DNA from: Gonapodya sp. JEL0774
Lineage: Eukaryota
DNA: 64,000 nt
Reading direction: 5' to 3'
Assembly: GCA_027604505.1 (NCBI GenBank)
Contig: JADIIX010000002.1
Location: 124,001 to 188,000, forward strand
Shown here: positions 62,197 to 64,000 of the stretch, in pieces
Layout of the letters: the number at the start of each line of letters is the position of its first letter
Numbering within the stretch: the stretch's first letter is position 1
Made by a program: the position numbers and the translations under genes
The notes under the pieces: model-generated
What the model was told of the DNA's origin: nothing
The model's database searches: none
What the model saw: the letters and a program-made list of their open reading frames with translations, nothing else

Positions 62197-64000
62197 CTAA
62201 AGCTCGTCTTTTTTCCGCGGTACTAAGGTATTAGCTGCAAGAAGTTCGGCGACCTCATTGTCGTAAACGCTCCATTCGGGTATTTGGCGCTTTGCGCGAT
62301 CCAACTTCGGTTCCTTGGTCATGGGGTTGTTGCACTGTTAAAAGAAAAGGTGAATATGGACAAAGATCCTGTTCACTACCCTGAGTAAGCATGATACTTG
62401 CCAAGTCGATTGTCTTTGCTGTTTTCAAACTCTCGTCGTCGCACCACGTTTCACACCAAAGCCAATTTTGCGGTAGGGAATAGATTGGAATTTGATCCTG
62501 CAGATTGTTGGGCAGATCCTGATCCAGATTGGCCAGACTCTCTGGGTCAGCACTCAGCATTTGGTATTGAGATCGAAGGATGTCACCAGCAGCGGTCTGC
62601 CTGAACCGTACTAGATCCACGAGATAAAGCGCACTAATATGATAAGGTCGACCATGAAGATGGTTCGCCCAGTAACCTGTCTTCCAAAACCGGAAACCCT
62701 CGGTTTCTTTCCGACTGTCCCCCATGGGTGTGAAGGCATATGCAGCATTCCGGATATCCATATCCATGAGCTCCTGCAAGTCAGTTCGAACGATCTTAAT
62801 GAAATGTGGTTAGAACCTCAGCCGATACGGTTTGGAATTCCAGATCCGAACCTGGTCCGCATCGACAAAGATGACTCGCTCTAAACTGAGAGGGAACAAA
62901 ACATCCAAAAAAAGTATCTTATACCCCCAAATAGTGCGCTGTTTCTCCGTCTGCTTTCGTAGCCAGTAAGGCCATTTGTATGTCACCAGTTCGTAGTCGA
63001 ATCCATATTTTCTTGACAATACCGGTAGGAAGTTCTGATGCATAAAGTAATGTGAGGGCACTTAACAATAGAAACAGACGGTAGTAACTTACTTTGAAGG
63101 AGGGAGAGAGAAAGTTTTCGATCAGCCAAAATTTCACAGGGCTCTTGGTGTGCCGCATTACACCGGCAAACATAATTGACATAAACCGCTCATAAAGTTG
63201 GCCAGAGGCAACAGAGAAAACGTGTATCGTCGATCGCTTCGTAACGACTGGCATTTCGACCCTTAAATGTCCAATACTTAAGAGTCCTTCTCCAAGACAC
63301 AATCAAGTAGGACTTACGGACGCTTAAACAAGTTTGCAATACTTTCCAAAATGCCACCTTTCTTTTGCTTGGACCCCGATAACTCTCTATCCTTGTCTTC
63401 GGCCAACACATCTTCCATTTCCATTCCCGGTCTCTTGGATAGGCGCACGTAAAGAGTGGCACCTTCCAGGCTTCGAACCACGACGCTACCATGGTAACCA
63501 GCCAATTGCGTTCTTGGATTCTCCTCACTTTTTGGTCTTGCCATCAATTGCCTTGCTTCGTTGCTCACGAGTTCCATCGTGTAAACCTTCGTGGATCTGC
63601 CATCCCGAAGGCGGAGATTCCAAACACCAGGATTGGCTTTGAGTTGGAAGTACCCAAGATTAGCCATTATCATTGTGTCGACGATATGCGGCTGAAACGC
63701 TGTGCCAAGAACCAACTGGGCGCCACGTGGTGGTGAATTTGTCGTGGCATCCCGTGAGTGGCCTGTTACGGATCATCAGGTAGCACATATGGAGACCTCA
63801 ACGCGTGAGCCCAAAATTGGTCCCACCTTCAATCAATATGGCCTTCAACTCAAAGACAGACTCGATTCCCCTCTTACGGCTTGATGAGTCAAGGTTGGCT
63901 AACTTGATGTTGTCTAAGTCATGCATGGACACAATCGGAGTTACGAGCCACCGTTCGGGAGCTGAAATTTCGGAACGACCCATTATAGATTCACGGACAT
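62197..64000 (-). CDS. UGGT: UDP-glucose:glycoprotein glucosyltransferase, 3' part (runs off the window)
   Basis: [69 protein letters not shown]...[47 protein letters not shown], ending in the ER-retention signal KKDEL*. Confidence 0.96.

Overview
Gene-dense, intron-rich eukaryotic DNA (short GT-AG introns, several micro-exons). The gene content looks fungal, and I infer an early-diverging zoosporic (chytrid-like) lineage. I read about 23 protein-coding genes and saw no rRNA, tRNA, CRISPR array or transposase. Most genes are housekeeping: CreC-like WD40, KGD2, TGS1, condensin Cnd1, kinesin-7, a GRIP golgin, a putative ATRIP/Rad26, MRD1, VTS1, VPS5, a PAQR, PCH2, PBDC1 and UGGT. Four things stand out. 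(1) An ~11 kb putative organosulfur-scavenging cluster at 29.9-40.8 kb: three TauD-family dioxygenase paralogs almost devoid of Cys/Met, a Seo1/Dal5-family MFS permease and an FMO, with shared CYS3/MetR-like promoter motifs and signs of gene conversion. (2) An intron-containing GAF-GAF-PAS-class IIIb adenylyl cyclase-TPR gene with the architecture of cyanobacterial CyaB1. (3) An M16A peptidase that resembles chlamydial protease III. (4) A Yop1/REEP protein fused to LEA-like 11-mer repeats. Exon boundaries were inferred by eye, so some gene ends are approximate, and no database search was run.
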